64,000 bases of DNA from Candidatus Latescibacterota bacterium (GTDB lineage Bacteria; Latescibacterota; UBA2968), in assembly GCA_965207885.1 (NCBI GenBank), contig OZ242311.1:1408001-1472000 (forward strand), in the 5' to 3' direction. Shown piece after piece: positions 1 to 9,774 of the stretch. Positions within the stretch are counted from its first letter, which is position 1; every line of letters starts with the position of its first letter. The notes under the pieces were generated by a model. The model had not been told where the DNA came from, did no database searches, and worked only from the letters and a program-made list of their open reading frames with translations. The position numbers and the translations under genes are program-made.

Positions 1-100
1 AATATGCACTGATTAACTGCTCAAATGTTCAGTAAAATATAATCAAGGAATTGAAATTCCGCAAGTTGACAGGCAAATCAACACACGGCTGCTAAAAAAC

Positions 101-138
101 AAAAGCCCAATGGATAACTGGATCCACCGGGCTTTTTT
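101..138. terminator. Intrinsic terminator, probably bidirectional
   Basis: AAAAGCCC-AATGGAT..ATCCA-CC-GGGCTTTTTT hairpin with A-run and T-run flanks, just downstream of the minus-strand permease stop. Confidence 0.75.
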
Positions 139-155
139 ATTTTCATTATACCAAT

Positions 156-2612
156 CTACTCATGCCGCAACGCTTCCACTGGATTGGACACAGCCGCGCG
201 AAGGGCGTGGAAACTCACAGTAAACAACGCAATCGCCAGGGCAACCGCGCCACTCAACACAAATATCCACCACGAAAGATCCGTGCGATAGGCAAAACCC
301 TCCAGCCAACTTCGCATGGCAAAATACGCAATCGGCCAAGCAAACAAATTCGCAATCAAAACCATAATGGCAAATGTCCTGGAAATCAGCATCACAATAT
401 TTGACACACTCGCACCCAACACCTTGCGCACTCCAATCTCTTTCACGCGCTGCTCAACTGTAAATGCCGCAAGGCCAAAAAGCCCCATACACGCGAGCAA
501 AATTGCCATCCCCGAAGAGAGCAATGTCAGCGCCTGCGCCCGTTGTTCTGCAGAGTACATATATTCAAACTGCTGATCCCACATCATATATTCAAAAGGC
601 TGCTCTGCGGGAGCGAATCGCTTCCAGGTCTTTTCAAAAAAAGCGAGCGTCTCTTCTATGCCTTCGGCTTTGACGCGCACGCCCAAACTGTAAAATTGCT
701 GGTGCCGAAGCGTCAGCGCAACAGGCCCAATTTCTTCTTGCAACGGACCGTAGTGAAAGTCTTTCACAACACCAACCACCGTCCCCTTTCGGTTTCTCTC
801 TCGATCAACCCACTCAAAAGACTTGCCAATAGGATCGTCCCAGCCGAGCCGCGCAACCGCTGTTTCATTGATGATAAAAGCTTTTGACGTATCTGTGGGA
901 AATGCAATAGGATCAAATTTGCGCCCTTCTACCAGTTCGATTTGAAACACGTCGAGATAATCTTCATCGACCTCCAAGAGAGGCATACGCCAATCCGTGC
1001 CCTCGTGCCCCTCTGCCCGAATGGTTCGGGTAATACCCCCACTCCAACCAACCCGCCAGCGATACGCCGTTGCTTCGAGCGCGTTCGGATGGGCGAGGAA
1101 TGCCTCTTTCACCGTCGCATAACGGGCGGCGAGCTTTTGCCCCGGATCCAATTTTGTTTCCTGGTCAAGAACAAATATGGGCATGAGAACCATCTGCTCC
1201 ATATTAAGACCCAGATGCTTATTTTTAATATAATCGAGTTGCTGATAGATCACTCCCGTACTCGCGAGCAGCGTAATTGAAATTGCAAATTGCGCCACCA
1301 CCAATCCTCTTCGAATCCACTGCCCCCGAGAACCCGCGCGAAACGCTCCCTTTAGCGTTTCTGTGGGTTCATACGCCGAAAGAAAAAATGCGGGATAGAC
1401 GCCAGCCAACAGCCCGACTAATACGGCAATACCAATCAGGGCAATTGCGAGCAACGGATCACTCGACAAATTCAACTCGATCTGCTTAAAGAAAAAGGCA
1501 TTAAACTCGGGAAGCACGAGTTCGACGGCACTAAGCGCGAGCACAAGCGCGACCAATGAAGTGAGAACAGATTCGCCCAAAAACTGCCCCATCAGTTGTG
1601 AACGATACGCACCTGACACCTTTCGCAAACCCACCTCGTGTGCCCTGCGAGCCGATTGTGCCGTAGTCAAATTTGTAAAATTGATACATCCAATTGCGAG
1701 CACCAGCACTGCAATAGCCCCAAATTGATAGACGCGGTCAATATCGCCGTACCAATCCAGATTGTAATCCTGCCTCGAATAAAGATGAATGTGATTGAGA
1801 GGCTGGAGATGATACGCATTTGTGCGCGCGATCTCTGCCCCCATATAGCGATCAATCAATTCGGGAAATTTTGCGGACAGTGCCTTTGGATCCGCCCCTT
1901 CTCGCAGCAGAAAATACGTATTGACGGGACGCCAACCATCGGTTGGTATCCAATCTTCCCAGAGATATTTCGCGCCTTCGGACGAGAAACTGCCTGTTCC
2001 GATATAATCGATATAATCGGTTTCTCCGTAGCGGCTGAGTGTAGAGTTGCGGGGCACATCTTTTATTAAAGCAGTGATAGTGCGCTCGCCTCCGTGATGC
2101 TTGCTTTCAGAGGTGATGGTCTTGCCAATCGGGTCTTCGTCTCCAAATAACCGCTTTGCTGCTGATTCTGTTATAGCAATAGCATTGGGATTGAGAAATG
2201 CAGTTTCGAGATTGCCGCGCACAAATGGAAAATCGAAAATTTCAAACAACTCGGGATCGGCAATACAGATACTCAGTGGAAATTCTTTTTCTCCCAGGCT
2301 TACGTCTATGAAATCAATCCATACGCGCACGGCTTTCTCCACCTCGGGAAAGTCCCGCTCAAGTGCCCCTGCCAGTGCGCCCGACGTATCGGGCAAATAA
2401 TTCGATTGTCCCCCAGCCTTAGTCTCCCGCATCACGCGATAAATCCGATCTCCTTTTGCATGCCAACTGTCAAAACTCAACTCATCCTGAATATAGAGCA
2501 CGATCAAAATGCACGTAGCCAGACCAATGGCAAGCCCCAAAATATTAATCGCGCTAAAGGTCTTTTGCCGCTTGAGATTTCTCAGCGCGATAATCAGGTA
2601 ATTTCTAAACAC
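156..2612 (-). CDS. ABC transporter permease, MacB/FtsX family (duplicated MacB_PCD-FtsX)
   Basis: 818 aa; MFRNYLIIALRNL..FSAINILGLAIG N-terminus; two FtsX motifs (RRAHEVGLRKVSGA, QRVKEIGVRKVLGA); ends NPVEALRHE; GGGGAGG RBS before GTG. Confidence 0.93.
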   Translation of the reverse strand: MFRNYLIIALRNLKRQKTFSAINILGLAIGLATCILIVLYIQDELSFDSWHAKGDRIYRVMRETKAGGQSNYLPDTSGALAGALERDFPEVEKAVRVWIDFIDVSLGEKEFPLSICIADPELFEIFDFPFVRGNLETAFLNPNAIAITESAAKRLFGDEDPIGKTITSESKHHGGERTITALIKDVPRNSTLSRYGETDYIDYIGTGSFSSEGAKYLWEDWIPTDGWRPVNTYFLLREGADPKALSAKFPELIDRYMGAEIARTNAYHLQPLNHIHLYSRQDYNLDWYGDIDRVYQFGAIAVLVLAIGCINFTNLTTAQSARRAHEVGLRKVSGAYRSQLMGQFLGESVLTSLVALVLALSAVELVLPEFNAFFFKQIELNLSSDPLLAIALIGIAVLVGLLAGVYPAFFLSAYEPTETLKGAFRAGSRGQWIRRGLVVAQFAISITLLASTGVIYQQLDYIKNKHLGLNMEQMVLMPIFVLDQETKLDPGQKLAARYATVKEAFLAHPNALEATAYRWRVGWSGGITRTIRAEGHEGTDWRMPLLEVDEDYLDVFQIELVEGRKFDPIAFPTDTSKAFIINETAVARLGWDDPIGKSFEWVDRERNRKGTVVGVVKDFHYGPLQEEIGPVALTLRHQQFYSLGVRVKAEGIEETLAFFEKTWKRFAPAEQPFEYMMWDQQFEYMYSAEQRAQALTLLSSGMAILLACMGLFGLAAFTVEQRVKEIGVRKVLGASVSNIVMLISRTFAIMVLIANLFAWPIAYFAMRSWLEGFAYRTDLSWWIFVLSGAVALAIALFTVSFHALRAAVSNPVEALRHE

Positions 2613-2712
2613 AATAGCCCTCCCCTGTTACAAGCAGAACGAATTAAAAACTATTAACCCATTAGACACACCTGGTAAATAATGGGGTGGAAAGTTTTCC
2701 ATCCCAAGAGGA

Positions 2713-2831
2713 AGCAATTTCTGTGCCAAAATCCTCTTCTCTATGTTTTACAAGGAGTTATAAAAATTAGTGCCATGGGCACAGTTCAATAAGTGTCCGA
2801 TTTTGATACAGTAGTGTCCGAAAATGAACAC
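2713..2831 (-). promoter_or_regulatory. Sigma-54 promoter with IHF-like site and two tandem enhancer-like boxes
   Basis: Minus strand TTGGCAC-AGAAA-TTGCT (2729-2713) matches the -24/-12 consensus; TTACAAGGAGTTA (2748-2760) is IHF-like; TGTCCGATTTTGATACA (2794) and TGTCCGAAAATGAACAC (2815) start 21 bp apart. Confidence 0.8.
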
Positions 2832-2833
2832 CT

Positions 2834-2874
2834 AAAATAAAAACAGACACATTGTTTTTATTTCAATGTGCCTG
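2834..2874 (-). terminator. Intrinsic terminator of the galU-PBP1A-propeller run
   Basis: CAGACACATTG..CAATGTGCCTG stem (2844-2874) followed by a T-rich tail on the minus strand. Confidence 0.6.
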
Positions 2875-2902
2875 CTGTATTATCCGTTTTAAACCACACA
2901 AC

Positions 2903-4099
2903 CATAGTACACGACAAAACCTAAATCGGGTTAAAATCTGGCGGATTAATCAGTAAACGAATGCATTTGAGGAACTGCTGGGCTTGTTGGTGTATATTGA
3001 GCAGGACATACTGCAAATAGTCCAACCCATATCGGAAGAGACTTTTTTCCATCCGTCCGTGGTTTTTGACCTTCAAAGGTTTTGTAAGGGCGATCCATTC
3101 GCCGATGATATGGGCCCAGGTGCAGGCAATAGCCAAAAGCGCGATGAGTTTTTCAATGCGATCTTGATGTATAAGGTGGGTCTCTTCCAGATTAAATCCT
3201 CGACTTTTCAAATTTGCAAAAAGGACTTCAATGCCCCAACGTTTTTTATACACCTCCAATGCGACTTGACGTTGTTGGTTGCTTGCAAGAATGAGGTATT
3301 GATCCTTCAATCTTAGCGCAGACACATACACAGGTAGGTCATAAACGCGGCGAGGTCTTTGTAGGCTGACCTGCTGATGGATGTGCAAATTTTCAAAGAG
3401 TTTTTTTATGGGTATCTCTCTATCTGCCCTTGAGACAAGGGCATTTTCCTTGATGCGGATGACAAAAGGGATGTTTTGTGTGTCTAACCACGCAAACCAT
3501 TCTCTTCCAATGAATTCTCTATCTGCCAATACAACGCGGATATGAGACTTGGGAATGCGCGTAAGCACCTGTTTCATCAAATTGATACGCTCATCACTAT
3601 TGGAATTGCCTCGTTTTTTTAACAAGTGCCAACACATAGGAAAGGCGACCCCTTCATAGATAATGCCTGCGGTTAGGATGTTGATATTGAATTTGCCTAA
3701 CTTCCAATTAGTGCGATCTATTGAGACTGCAAAATCGGTCTTTATAGGTAATAAGTGCAAGATCAGTCGCGTCACGGCTTCATAAGGAATGTCAAACTCA
3801 GCGAAAAAACGCTGTATCCTGCGGTAATTTGATTGCGGTTTGACCTGTCCATTTAGCGCATTAGCCAATTTGGCGAAGTTGACCCTGCTCAGCTTGACCA
3901 AAGACAAGATGAAGGCCGCTGTGAAAGTGATGCGTGCTTTATGCCACCCAAAATGGCCTTGCAATACATGGTGAAGTTGTATAACTTGACGAGACATAGA
4001 CCTGTGCCTTGTTGAGATGAGAAGGTTCGTTTTCACACATTCAAACCTAACTCTTTTTCACGTTTTGCACAGGTCTTTTATTTTTTGTCGTGTACTTTA
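2903..4099 (-). mobile_element. IS4-family insertion sequence, copy 1 (1197 bp, IS10-like)
   Basis: Terminal inverted repeats CATAGTACACGACAAAA / TAAAGTACACGACAAAA; 9-bp target duplication CCACACAAC at 2894-2902 and 4100-4108. Confidence 0.95.
2921..3997 (-). CDS. IS4-family DDE transposase
   Basis: SIDRTNW, LADREF and YKKRWGIEVLFANLK (YREK signature); ATG at 3997 preferred, the ORF track extends to GTG at 4036. Confidence 0.93.
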   Translation of the reverse strand: MSRQVIQLHHVLQGHFGWHKARITFTAAFILSLVKLSRVNFAKLANALNGQVKPQSNYRRIQRFFAEFDIPYEAVTRLILHLLPIKTDFAVSIDRTNWKLGKFNINILTAGIIYEGVAFPMCWHLLKKRGNSNSDERINLMKQVLTRIPKSHIRVVLADREFIGREWFAWLDTQNIPFVIRIKENALVSRADREIPIKKLFENLHIHQQVSLQRPRRVYDLPVYVSALRLKDQYLILASNQQRQVALEVYKKRWGIEVLFANLKSRGFNLEETHLIHQDRIEKLIALLAIACTWAHIIGEWIALTKPLKVKNHGRMEKSLFRYGLDYLQYVLLNIHQQAQQFLKCIRLLINPPDFNPI

Positions 4100-4110
4100 C
4101 CACACAACAT

Positions 4111-5949
4111 TCAAATCACCAACATCTTCACCTCGTGTTTCTTAGCGAAATACACATTATTTCCCATCACAGGACCGGGGACTTGGAAGGCGTCTTCTTC
4201 CTCATACAGGGGCGTAATAGCGCGGTGGGCGGGATCGAACGCATAAAAAGACGCCGTCGTAAAACCGTATAGCTTCCCATCTGGCCCATTCTGAAGCCCC
4301 AGATCCAGAGGACGGCCATCTAAGGGAATCGCATAGTGAAACGCCCGCGAAACAGGATCAAACGCAAACAGAACAGGACCCTCATCGCCCAGAGCCGTAC
4401 CGTACAGCAACCCATCCTCGCCGACAACAAGTGCATTAATCGCCGAAATCTGCCTATCGAGCGTACCCTCCCACGCTTTCTCTTCCCGCTCATAATCCCA
4501 CAAAAACAACACCGCCTGTGAAACCCGCGGACGGGTACCAGACCCCCCATTAATCGTCGTCCCCACCGCGAGCAAATCCTGGCGAACCAGCCCTGCCAGC
4601 GACCAGCAACTCGCCTCCCCGGCAATATCGCGGTAAGACCCAAACTGCTCCGTACCCGGATCGAACCACGACAACGGACCGCCCCACAAACCGTAATCCG
4701 GAACAGAAGCGATCCACACCCGCCCCATCGGACCCGTCATCATCGCACGGGGGCGATAGGACACCTCATCCACACGCCCCAAATCGCGCGGATTGCTATC
4801 AGCCGCCACCCCAAATTCATACGGCCGCGAAGGATCATACACCGACAGCCTCGCACCGGGATAAGAACAAATATAGAGCTTCCCGTCCAAATTCCCCATC
4901 GAATATGCTTCACCAGTCGCCGTGGAACAAACCCCCAGATCCGTCATATCGCCCGAAGAAGGCACAAAGCGGAACAAATGCAACGGCAAAATACTCGACC
5001 CGTATATATTGTCATCTGGCCCGCGATGCATCAAAAACAACTCACTCCCCGCCGATTCATACGCAATGGGCAACCGCCTCGTCGTCCCCGTCCTGGGATG
5101 CGTAATCCCAACCACGCGGTACATCTGCGTATCCCGATCCGCAAAATCAACAATCGAGCCATCGGACATCGTCGGCAGCGTTTCAGACTCGGGAAGCGAC
5201 GCCACCCGAACCGCCTCAAACCCTTCCAGACGAAAATTGCCTTCAGACGACGCGATATAAAGCGTCCCATCGGACGCCCGAATCAACGCCGACGCCCCAC
5301 CATCCTCCTTTGCCACAACCGGTCCCACCGCCTCCCGAACACCCGTCTTCGGATCCAACACCACCACATGGGGCCGCGTCATCTTAATATCGCAGGCAAT
5401 TGTCCCATCGGGCGCACACATCGGATAACAATACATATCCATCTCATCCATCCGTCCATACCGCACAAACACACCCGTCCTCGGATCGTAACTCGTCAGC
5501 CCCGCCGAACCGTAACACCCGATCCACAGCACCCCCTGGGCATCCTCATCAATACGGCAGGGAAACGTATCATCCGGCAAATTAATCGCCCCCAAATTAT
5601 CCAAACGCCCCGCCATTGGATCATAGCAAAACAAATACCCCGCGTACGCCGCCCCGATATAAATCACGCCACTGCGACTCAGCAACGTCGCCGTCGGATA
5701 ATGCGCCGAAGGCAGCGTCGCCGTCACCTGATCCGTATCCCCCGTAACCGGATCTACCTTCACCACCATGAAACCATCTGCCTGCTGGCCCATCACAGCC
5801 ACCAGACAATCGCGACCCTCTGCATCCAGCACCGGAAAAATACGCACCCAATTCACACTGCGGATCGGCACGCCAAGAGTATGGACAGAAGACATATTTA
5901 CATTCCCAAAAAATATGGGATGACCCGTTTTTGGATCATCCCACAGCAA
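4111..5949 (-). CDS. Hypothetical beta-propeller repeat protein
   Basis: Repeated blades of type G.DG.(L/I)YG..LF.(F/Y)DP; no signal peptide; the true start may be ATG at 5895. Confidence 0.7.
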   Translation of the reverse strand: MLWDDPKTGHPIFFGNVNMSSVHTLGVPIRSVNWVRIFPVLDAEGRDCLVAVMGQQADGFMVVKVDPVTGDTDQVTATLPSAHYPTATLLSRSGVIYIGAAYAGYLFCYDPMAGRLDNLGAINLPDDTFPCRIDEDAQGVLWIGCYGSAGLTSYDPRTGVFVRYGRMDEMDMYCYPMCAPDGTIACDIKMTRPHVVVLDPKTGVREAVGPVVAKEDGGASALIRASDGTLYIASSEGNFRLEGFEAVRVASLPESETLPTMSDGSIVDFADRDTQMYRVVGITHPRTGTTRRLPIAYESAGSELFLMHRGPDDNIYGSSILPLHLFRFVPSSGDMTDLGVCSTATGEAYSMGNLDGKLYICSYPGARLSVYDPSRPYEFGVAADSNPRDLGRVDEVSYRPRAMMTGPMGRVWIASVPDYGLWGGPLSWFDPGTEQFGSYRDIAGEASCWSLAGLVRQDLLAVGTTINGGSGTRPRVSQAVLFLWDYEREEKAWEGTLDRQISAINALVVGEDGLLYGTALGDEGPVLFAFDPVSRAFHYAIPLDGRPLDLGLQNGPDGKLYGFTTASFYAFDPAHRAITPLYEEEDAFQVPGPVMGNNVYFAKKHEVKMLVI

Positions 5950-8148
5950 TCAAAACTGATATTCCCGCTTAGTCCTCGGCTTTTTCGGTTGACTGGGCGA
6001 GGGCAAAGACTGCGGAGTCGAAGTATGTACAGGACACGGACGCCTGGGTTCTGTCCCCGGCTTAAACACCTCCGTATAGCGCCTGGAACAATAAATAGAC
6101 GCCACCTGGTATGTCTCCCCACAAACCTCCACCTTTGGAATATCTTCTGGCAACACAAAATCTTCAACCGGCAACTGGAGCATCGTGTGCGCGCGCCTCA
6201 TAAACTCCGCCCAAATCGGCAACGCCACAGCCGCACCCGACATTCGGCTACCCATCGACACCTTGGAATCGAACCCCACCCAAACCCCACACACAATCTG
6301 CGGCGTAAACCCGATAAACCACGCATCGGCATACTCCTGCGTCGTACCCGTCTTCCCCGCTGCTGGACGGCGAAAACCAAAAGCCGTGCGCGCAATCCGC
6401 CCCGTCCCGGTCAAAACCGCGTAATTTTCACCCGCCCGCATATCCAGAACCGACCGCATCAGATCCACAGTCACAGCCGCAGACTCTTCGCTCAACACCA
6501 CCTGTTCGCGCCCCTGCACATTCTCCTCGAGCACATTCCCATTCTTATCCTCAATTTTCAAAATCGACACTGGCGTCACCCGAATACCCTTATTCGCCAG
6601 CGTGCCATAAGCCGACACCAATTCCAGCAACTTGACCTCACTCGTACCCATCCCCAAAGACAAAACCGGTTGAACCTGCGAGTCAATACCCATCCTCATC
6701 GCGTAATCCACCACCGTCTGCGGCCCCACCTTTTCCAACACCTGAGTCGTCACCACATTGCGAGAACCCGCAAGCCCCTCGCGCATCGTCATCCACCCCA
6801 AAAATTTTCGGTCGTAATTCTCCGGCTGCCAATACGTCCCGTCGAACATCTTAATCGACACAGCCGTATCGGGCAACCGCCACGTAGGCGTATGGCCCTT
6901 ATCAACCGCAGCCGTATAAATAAAAGGCTTAAAAGAAGACCCGGGCTGACGCAACGCCTGCGTTGCACGATTGAACTTACTCTCTTCAAAATCGCGCCCA
7001 CCCACCATCGCCAAAACATGTCCCGTATGCGGGTCCAGCGCGACCAGCGCCCCCTGCAACACCAGATTCGCCAGCGTATCCTGATGCGTCTTAATCTTCG
7101 CAAAAAAAGCCGCACCCGGGGGATTGCGCTTCCAATTGGCAGCCACGCGATCTTTTATCCGCTCCATCAAATTTTGCGACACCACATCTTCTGCAATCTC
7201 CTGCAACCTGCTATCCAGCGTCGTAGTAACAGTCGCGCCATCGTAAAGCACACTCAGCCCATAGGTATATTCCAAATACTTGCGGATATCCTCTGTAAAA
7301 TAGGGCGCCTCTCCCGTCTCCTCTCGGACCTCCTTCAAAACAATCGGACGCTGCGCAATCGAATCGTATGCTGCCGCCGTAATCTTACCCGACCCCCGCA
7401 TATTGTACAACACCACATTATTGCGCCTATCCAGCGAGCGCTCGGGATGGTAAATCGGCGAATAGGGCGTTGGTCCCTTCAAAAGCCCGACCAACAACGC
7501 CCCTTCCTCCAGCGTCAAACGCTCGACATCCTTCCCGAAAAAACGACGCGCAGCCGTCTGAATACCGTACGCACTATTGCCAAAATACATCTGATTAAAA
7601 TACATCGTAATAATTTCGCGCTTGGTATAGGTGCGCTCCAAGAGCACGGCAGTCAACTGCTCCTGAATTTTGCGCGTCCATGTTGGATCCAGCGTCAAAA
7701 AAATATTGCGCGCCAATTGTTGTGTCAGCGTACTCGCACCGTGCCCTTTCAAAGTACCCGATGTATAAACATTGCGGAACACCACGCGGATAATATCGGG
7801 AACACTCACACCCCAGTGCCCCCAAAAACGCTGATCTTCCGTAACAATCAGAGCATCAATCACAGCACGCGGCAACTGCTCAAACGCAATGGGATCGCGC
7901 CTCTGCACCCAGAACTTCTTCAACTCGACCCCATCTCGAGAAAAAATATTAGTCGTCTGCGCGGGATCCACATCCTCTAACTTATCAAAAGACGGCAAAC
8001 CATCCTTGTACGCGTAAATCACCGCAGCAGCAATGCCCAAATACCCCACCGCGCAAATCACACAATAGATCGCCATACGGAAAAGATGGGGCCTTATCCA
8101 ATGGATTATACGATCAATATAGGGTCTTATCTTATCTATCCTGATCAT
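5950..8148 (-). CDS. mrcA: Class A penicillin-binding protein (PBP1A family)
   Basis: N-terminal TM helix; transglycosylase EDQRFWGHWG, GASTLTQQL, RKIQE; transpeptidase QPGSSFK, SRN, KTGT. Confidence 0.93.
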   Translation of the reverse strand: MIRIDKIRPYIDRIIHWIRPHLFRMAIYCVICAVGYLGIAAAVIYAYKDGLPSFDKLEDVDPAQTTNIFSRDGVELKKFWVQRRDPIAFEQLPRAVIDALIVTEDQRFWGHWGVSVPDIIRVVFRNVYTSGTLKGHGASTLTQQLARNIFLTLDPTWTRKIQEQLTAVLLERTYTKREIITMYFNQMYFGNSAYGIQTAARRFFGKDVERLTLEEGALLVGLLKGPTPYSPIYHPERSLDRRNNVVLYNMRGSGKITAAAYDSIAQRPIVLKEVREETGEAPYFTEDIRKYLEYTYGLSVLYDGATVTTTLDSRLQEIAEDVVSQNLMERIKDRVAANWKRNPPGAAFFAKIKTHQDTLANLVLQGALVALDPHTGHVLAMVGGRDFEESKFNRATQALRQPGSSFKPFIYTAAVDKGHTPTWRLPDTAVSIKMFDGTYWQPENYDRKFLGWMTMREGLAGSRNVVTTQVLEKVGPQTVVDYAMRMGIDSQVQPVLSLGMGTSEVKLLELVSAYGTLANKGIRVTPVSILKIEDKNGNVLEENVQGREQVVLSEESAAVTVDLMRSVLDMRAGENYAVLTGTGRIARTAFGFRRPAAGKTGTTQEYADAWFIGFTPQIVCGVWVGFDSKVSMGSRMSGAAVALPIWAEFMRRAHTMLQLPVEDFVLPEDIPKVEVCGETYQVASIYCSRRYTEVFKPGTEPRRPCPVHTSTPQSLPSPSQPKKPRTKREYQF

Positions 8149-8154
8149 CCTGAC

Positions 8155-9762
8155 CTATTCCGGGTAAAGCCACGGCACGCGGCTGATGAGATAATCGCGT
8201 TGTTCCTCCATCATCACCTCAATCACAGTAGGACCTTCCAGCCCCAGAGTATCGGCAAAAACCGCTTCAAAACGGTCGGGATCATCCACGCGGATCCCCC
8301 GTGCACCCAGAGACCGCGCCAGATCTGCAAGACGAGGCGTCTTCATATCCGTATCGATCACCCGACCATTAAAAGCCTTCGCCTGCGCACCGCGAATCGC
8401 CGAAAGACTGCCATCATTGGAAACGACCGAAACTGTCTCAACGCCGTGTTCAGCCGCAGTAGCGAGCTCGCTCGCCGTCATCTGAAACCCGCCATCGCCA
8501 CAAAACGCGACAACCTGCTGATCTGGACACGCGAGCTTCGCGCCAATAGCAGCGGGAACCGCAAAACCCAGCGTAACCGAATGACTGGGATAGAGAAACG
8601 TGCGCGGCACAGTAATCGGATACTCGTCAAACGCGCGATACCCAATAGACGTAACATCCACCACAATAATCGCATCATCTGGAAGCGACTTGCGCGTAAC
8701 CCCCATAATGGGCACTGGCGCGCGGTTGGCCCCGGCTTCGGCCCGCGTGCGATCGACAAAATCGCCCCAATCCGCCGTATAATCACCCACCACCTCGACA
8801 AGCTGGGGAATCGACAGCGCCAGATCGCCCGCAGCACCCGCTTCAATCGGATACTCGCGCCCAAGCTCTCGCGGATCGGGATCGAGTTGAACCTTGCGCT
8901 CCGGCAGAGGAAGTGACCAGCTCCGCGTATCGATCTGCGTAAAGCGACAGCCAATCGCGAGAAGCAAATCGGCACTGCCGAGAACCGTCTTGCCCGCCTG
9001 TGCCGAACAATGCCCCACAGTCAGGGGATGGCCATCTGGCATAACCCCCTTGCCAAGACGGGTATAAACAACGGGAATATTGAGATCCTCTGCGAGAGAA
9101 CGGAGCGCATCGGTGGCATTGGCGTGAATAACCGCACTACCCGCCAGAATAGCCGGGCGTTTTGCCGTGCGAAGCACCTCAGCCACGCGGTCAATATCCA
9201 CACTATCGGGACAAAGGCGGTCCCCCTCAACTACAGGTGGAATATCCGCCATACCCTCCTCTGCGGCGACATCGGTCGGTATTTCAATAACCGCAGGACC
9301 GGGGCGCGGAGCGCGCAGTGCCTTGAACGCACCGACAACCGCATCGGGAATTTCAGCAACAGACCTGGGACGCGCAAAAAAGTGCGTAATCGACTTAAAA
9401 AAAGACGCCTGATCCAGACCGTGAAAACACTTGGCGCGATCCCGCCCGTCAAAAGCCACCTCTGTACCCCCGGTAATCAACAGCACGGGAACGCAATCCG
9501 TATGGGCATCCACCAGACCCGTAGAAGCATTTGTCGAACCAGGCCCTGGAACAGTAAGCGCGACACCAACGCGCCCAGAAGCACGCGCATACCCATTCGC
9601 AATCAAAGTCGCGCCCTGTTCGTGGCGGATGAGCAGGTGGCGAATACCACCCGCGCGCAGCACCGCGTCGTAAAGGTGAATATTCTGATTGCCGGGCATA
9701 CCCGTAAGCGTATCAACACCCTGCGCTTTCAGACTCTGGATAAGTACATCAGCACCAGTCAT
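8155..9762 (-). CDS. Thiamine pyrophosphate-binding enzyme (acetolactate synthase-like fold), substrate unknown
   Basis: RHEQGA, PGPGSTN, and the TPP motif GDGGF...N. Confidence 0.88.
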   Translation of the reverse strand: MTGADVLIQSLKAQGVDTLTGMPGNQNIHLYDAVLRAGGIRHLLIRHEQGATLIANGYARASGRVGVALTVPGPGSTNASTGLVDAHTDCVPVLLITGGTEVAFDGRDRAKCFHGLDQASFFKSITHFFARPRSVAEIPDAVVGAFKALRAPRPGPAVIEIPTDVAAEEGMADIPPVVEGDRLCPDSVDIDRVAEVLRTAKRPAILAGSAVIHANATDALRSLAEDLNIPVVYTRLGKGVMPDGHPLTVGHCSAQAGKTVLGSADLLLAIGCRFTQIDTRSWSLPLPERKVQLDPDPRELGREYPIEAGAAGDLALSIPQLVEVVGDYTADWGDFVDRTRAEAGANRAPVPIMGVTRKSLPDDAIIVVDVTSIGYRAFDEYPITVPRTFLYPSHSVTLGFAVPAAIGAKLACPDQQVVAFCGDGGFQMTASELATAAEHGVETVSVVSNDGSLSAIRGAQAKAFNGRVIDTDMKTPRLADLARSLGARGIRVDDPDRFEAVFADTLGLEGPTVIEVMMEEQRDYLISRVPWLYPE

Positions 9763-9774
9763 AAAAAGTTCCTT

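Noticed and set aside
1-100. IHF-like TAATCAAGGAATTG and TTGACA near the window start
   Set aside because: The target gene would lie outside the window, so this cannot be evaluated
4978-7980. 1000-aa plus-strand ORF
   Set aside because: Antisense shadow of the PBP1A and propeller genes; Arg/His/Pro-rich with no motifs, explained by codon bias on the coding strand
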